27,505 bases of DNA from an uncultured Candidatus Saccharibacteria bacterium (GTDB lineage Bacteria > Patescibacteriota > Minisyncoccia > Phycocordibacterales > UBA1006), in contig CAYYES010000004.1 of NCBI GenBank assembly GCA_964471025.1, positions 1 through 27,505 on the forward strand, read 5' to 3'. The translations under genes and the position numbers were made by a program. Position 1 is the first letter of the stretch. Each line of letters starts with the position of its first letter. Positions 25,901 to 27,505 of this stretch are shown here, one piece after another. Below the pieces are notes generated by a model. It saw nothing but the letters and a program-made list of their open reading frames with translations, did no database searches and was not told the DNA's origin.

Positions 25901-25922
25901 GGGAAAAAGTATCGGGATTCAT
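22917..25922 (-). CDS. UvrD/PcrA-like SF1A DNA helicase fused to a C-terminal PD-(D/E)XK nuclease with four Cys (AddA/AdnAB-like)
   Basis: Helicase: AGPGTGKT, TFHSF, DEHQD, NYRST, TLHASKGLEF, YVAMTRAK. Nuclease: GKIDL...TDFKTG...QLAMY. Cys in FECPW and C-x9-C-x2-C. Start at ATG 25922. Confidence 0.9.
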   Translation of the reverse strand: MNPDTFSRAYAQLNAAQRAAVDAIDGPVMVVAGPGTGKTQVLAVRIANIIQKTGTPADGILCLTFTNSGVRAMQDRLRTYIGPAASRVMIATFHSFGMKLIEEFYAHLGYEIRPQLIDDLQSIALADEILHAHDWKHIRTRANPAAFFGDIKSLVSLLKRERITPDAFKTEIENEIDAIKNNEENISSRGATKGQLKADAIKKIEGLERTREVVDFYEYYEAAKIERSLLDYDDVLANIVRLVEVSDEVRDTLRERYLYVLIDEHQDSSGVQNEFLTRVWGDLEKPDVFVVGDDRQLIYEFGGASLARFTGFTTAFPDARIITLTDNYRSTQIILDAAEELLKSSIVDAKLIGHRDGDRPVHLVESEYPRDEIIAAGLEIKELIDPPAGGGIDPKECAILVPKNAQVKSAMRVLADLGIPVASAGNLKLFELPEAQSFLDILAAIAHPTAPEYVARTILDPLSGIAPLDAHRYLSGVRAKQLTLEKMLEDDSETIVPWAGKLRAWLERSQHTDVYGLIQKIGDDLLIKTATNHEALVRRVEILRTFLHLALSQGERLQKSQSRNQKLADFLNFIERLRAYGTDVPLAVFGADQGVRVMTLHASKGLEFEYVWIAHVDEKNLGGRKHAAFTLPETIKERVEEKDEQTLKRQLYVAMTRAKQYCTLSYARRSYTGGEQQVAHIVADLLQDQFEKRTLADSETFILENNVTAYVTANPVIRQPVAVSELAELVADEYGTIDVSVTALNNFFECPWKWYFRNLLRLPEPLSISLHFGSVVHGTIEKILKKKITPDHEILRSMIDECVSEIHFADEYEESRIKKDAFEVLESWVAKRLPEIADEYESEYPFYKFRDAEFDHLKITGKIDLLEKLDEVSVRVTDFKTGKPKTKSEIEKDDEEGRMSDYLRQLAMYSFLLEGKSGGNQEAVESRLEFIEAKPGDKNALYATKITGEHLERLRQDIRDYDRLLKTGEWVNRQCHHKSYQGEECQYCALAAIYQASTLKP
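24752..24770. repeat. Palindromic element family A, in frame in the helicase (DPPAGGG)
   Basis: Perfect 16-bp palindrome TCCGCCAGCTGGCGGA at 24753-24768. Confidence 0.78.
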
Positions 25923-25948
25923 GGCTCCAGTATACCAGAGCATGCGAG

Positions 25949-25976
25949 TTGACTTTCCTGGCTATCCTGCTATAAT
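25949..25976 (+). promoter_or_regulatory. Sigma70-type promoter of the 26013 gene
   Basis: TTGACT-N16-TATAAT with an extended TG. Confidence 0.65.
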
Positions 25977-26012
25977 TCACCCAAACAAATTATATAACCA
26001 AATCCAACATGT

Positions 26013-26366
26013 ATGAAAAAAGGCACGAGAGAACAAGCCCCATTGCTCGATCCGACAGGAACCCGGAAAGCAATGGACATGCTCCGAAAAAGCGGAGCGT
26101 TTGATCAAAAACGGATGGAGGAACTGGCGGCTTTTCTGAAAGACCACCACCTCACCCTCAAGCAATTGACCTCCATTATTCAAAAGAGTGACATCACCGG
26201 CTGGAAAGAAGCCATCGGTAGTATCACCAGAATTACCGGGCTAAAAGTTGAAGAGTTAGGAGTAACATCTCCTGACAAAATAATGCCTTTTGCTGCCAAC
26301 CCCGACACCACACTTCAAACCCAATGGAAGGCCCTGAACCGACAGGAAGCTGTGGATTGTATTTAA
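26013..26366 (+). CDS. Hypothetical protein (117 aa)
   Basis: ORF with a consensus-like promoter and an A-rich leader. Confidence 0.65.
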   Translation: MKKGTREQAPLLDPTGTRKAMDMLRKSGAFDQKRMEELAAFLKDHHLTLKQLTSIIQKSDITGWKEAIGSITRITGLKVEELGVTSPDKIMPFAANPDTTLQTQWKALNRQEAVDCI

Positions 26367-26401
26367 TTATTTTTTTAAGTTGAAATGAAAATTTGTAGAT
26401 T

Positions 26402-26623
26402 ATGCTGACATCCAACAACGAACAAAAGGATTACACCAAACTTACCTTAGAAGAACTCCAACAAAAACAAGAAGAGCTGAATGAGAAAATAAACGCCGCG
26501 GCAGTGCGTAACGAGAACAAGGTATTCCGAAACGACACGCTCCCTAAAAAGGAGATACTCATCGTTGGCGCCGCCAGACCATCTGACCATCAGATTCCGT
26601 GGGTTTCGATCAAGGCAAAATAG
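26402..26623 (+). CDS. Hypothetical protein (73 aa, N-terminal coiled coil)
   Basis: ORF ending just before a terminator. Confidence 0.5.
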   Translation: MLTSNNEQKDYTKLTLEELQQKQEELNEKINAAAVRNENKVFRNDTLPKKEILIVGAARPSDHQIPWVSIKAK

Positions 26624-26627
26624 TACC

Positions 26628-26657
26628 AATCCCCTTCTGCCATTGGCGAAGGGGATT
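26628..26657. terminator. Terminator between convergent genes, overlapping the mutY stop codon
   Basis: AATCCCCTTC(t)GCC-att-GGC-GAAGGGGATT followed by a T run. Confidence 0.65.
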
Positions 26658-27492
26658 ATTTTTTTAACCCGATTGTTCCATGTGTTACGGTTACAAACCC
26701 CTCATGTTCGAGCATCGAAACAATACGATCGATGCGTTCGCGACCTAATGACAATCCTGTTAATTTTAAATATAACGTTTCAATTGATAATCGCCTGTTG
26801 CCGCGCAGTAGCACTTCAAGCACCGCACCCCGGATCTGACGGTCGCTCCCCTCAAATTTTTTCTGCAGGGTATAATGCCGGCTTCTTTTATTGGGGTTCG
26901 GAATCGTGCGACCCAAATATGATCCGTAATCCATAAGCGCCCAGTACCACTCGCGGAAATTTTTATCAGGAAGAGTCTGTTCGATCAGTTGTAAAATTTC
27001 CCGATCATGAATATTCGCGGTATCGCGAAAAAAATGATGGAGGTATGCGCGCCTGATATTCGTCTCGATCATGGTGACCTTTTCATCATGCGCAAACGCC
27101 ATGATCGCGCCTGCCGTATAGGGGCCGATACCGGGAAGTTTCAAGATTTGTTCGAGCGTTTTTGGAAATTTCCCACCGTGGTCCTTGATAATTATTTCCG
27201 CAGCGCGCTTTAATCGCAATGCGCGGCTGTTATACCCCAACCCCTTCCAGTGTTTCAACACCTCAACCTGCGGCGCATTGGCAAGTGCACGGATGGTGGG
27301 AAACGCCTTCATCCATGCATTAAAAAAATCAACGACGCGGCCCACCTGCGTCTGCTGCAGCATCACCTCGGAAATCCAGATTCGGTACGGGGTGATTTTT
27401 TTGCGCCACGGCAAATCTGCCCGGTTGTGAGCCTGGTAGTAGTCCCATACGGTTTTCTGAAACGCGGCTTTGCGGGCAGGCGAAAGTTTCAT
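26656..27492 (-). CDS. mutY: A/G-specific adenine glycosylase (short, cysteine-free MutY)
   Basis: LPWR, ISEVMLQQTQV, WKGLGYNSRA, HhH motif LPGIGPYTAGAI, IETNIRR, ALMDYG. Confidence 0.9.
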   Translation of the reverse strand: MKLSPARKAAFQKTVWDYYQAHNRADLPWRKKITPYRIWISEVMLQQTQVGRVVDFFNAWMKAFPTIRALANAPQVEVLKHWKGLGYNSRALRLKRAAEIIIKDHGGKFPKTLEQILKLPGIGPYTAGAIMAFAHDEKVTMIETNIRRAYLHHFFRDTANIHDREILQLIEQTLPDKNFREWYWALMDYGSYLGRTIPNPNKRSRHYTLQKKFEGSDRQIRGAVLEVLLRGNRRLSIETLYLKLTGLSLGRERIDRIVSMLEHEGFVTVTHGTIGLKK

Positions 27493-27505
27493 ATACTGGT
27501 GACAT

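Overview
Genome segment from a bacterium using genetic code 11, most likely a Patescibacteria/CPR (Parcubacteria-like) lineage. That assignment is an inference from the TGS-less ThrRS, split transketolase, cysteine-free MutY and near-absence of Shine-Dalgarno sites. Core genes are dnaE (5'-truncated by the window edge), thrS, gyrB, an FAD-linked oxidase, a pentose-phosphate/sugar cluster (DUF2090 aldolase, tal, PfkB kinase, split tkt, rpe, rpiB), a DEAD-box helicase, gap, a UvrD-like helicase fused to a PD-(D/E)XK nuclease, and mutY. AT-rich orphan genes are interspersed, several with their own promoter and/or terminator. I found no rRNA, tRNA, CRISPR array or transposase. The most unusual features are sub-gene scale. 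(1) A 441-bp four-helix-bundle gene cassette is bracketed by inverted heptamer arrays and fills exactly the gap between two convergent stop codons. (2) Two families of tiny palindromic elements, three copies each, mostly sit in frame inside housekeeping genes. (3) A 114-nt nested hairpin follows tktC. (4) Many genes have a -10 box 6-8 nt before the ATG, predicting leaderless mRNAs.
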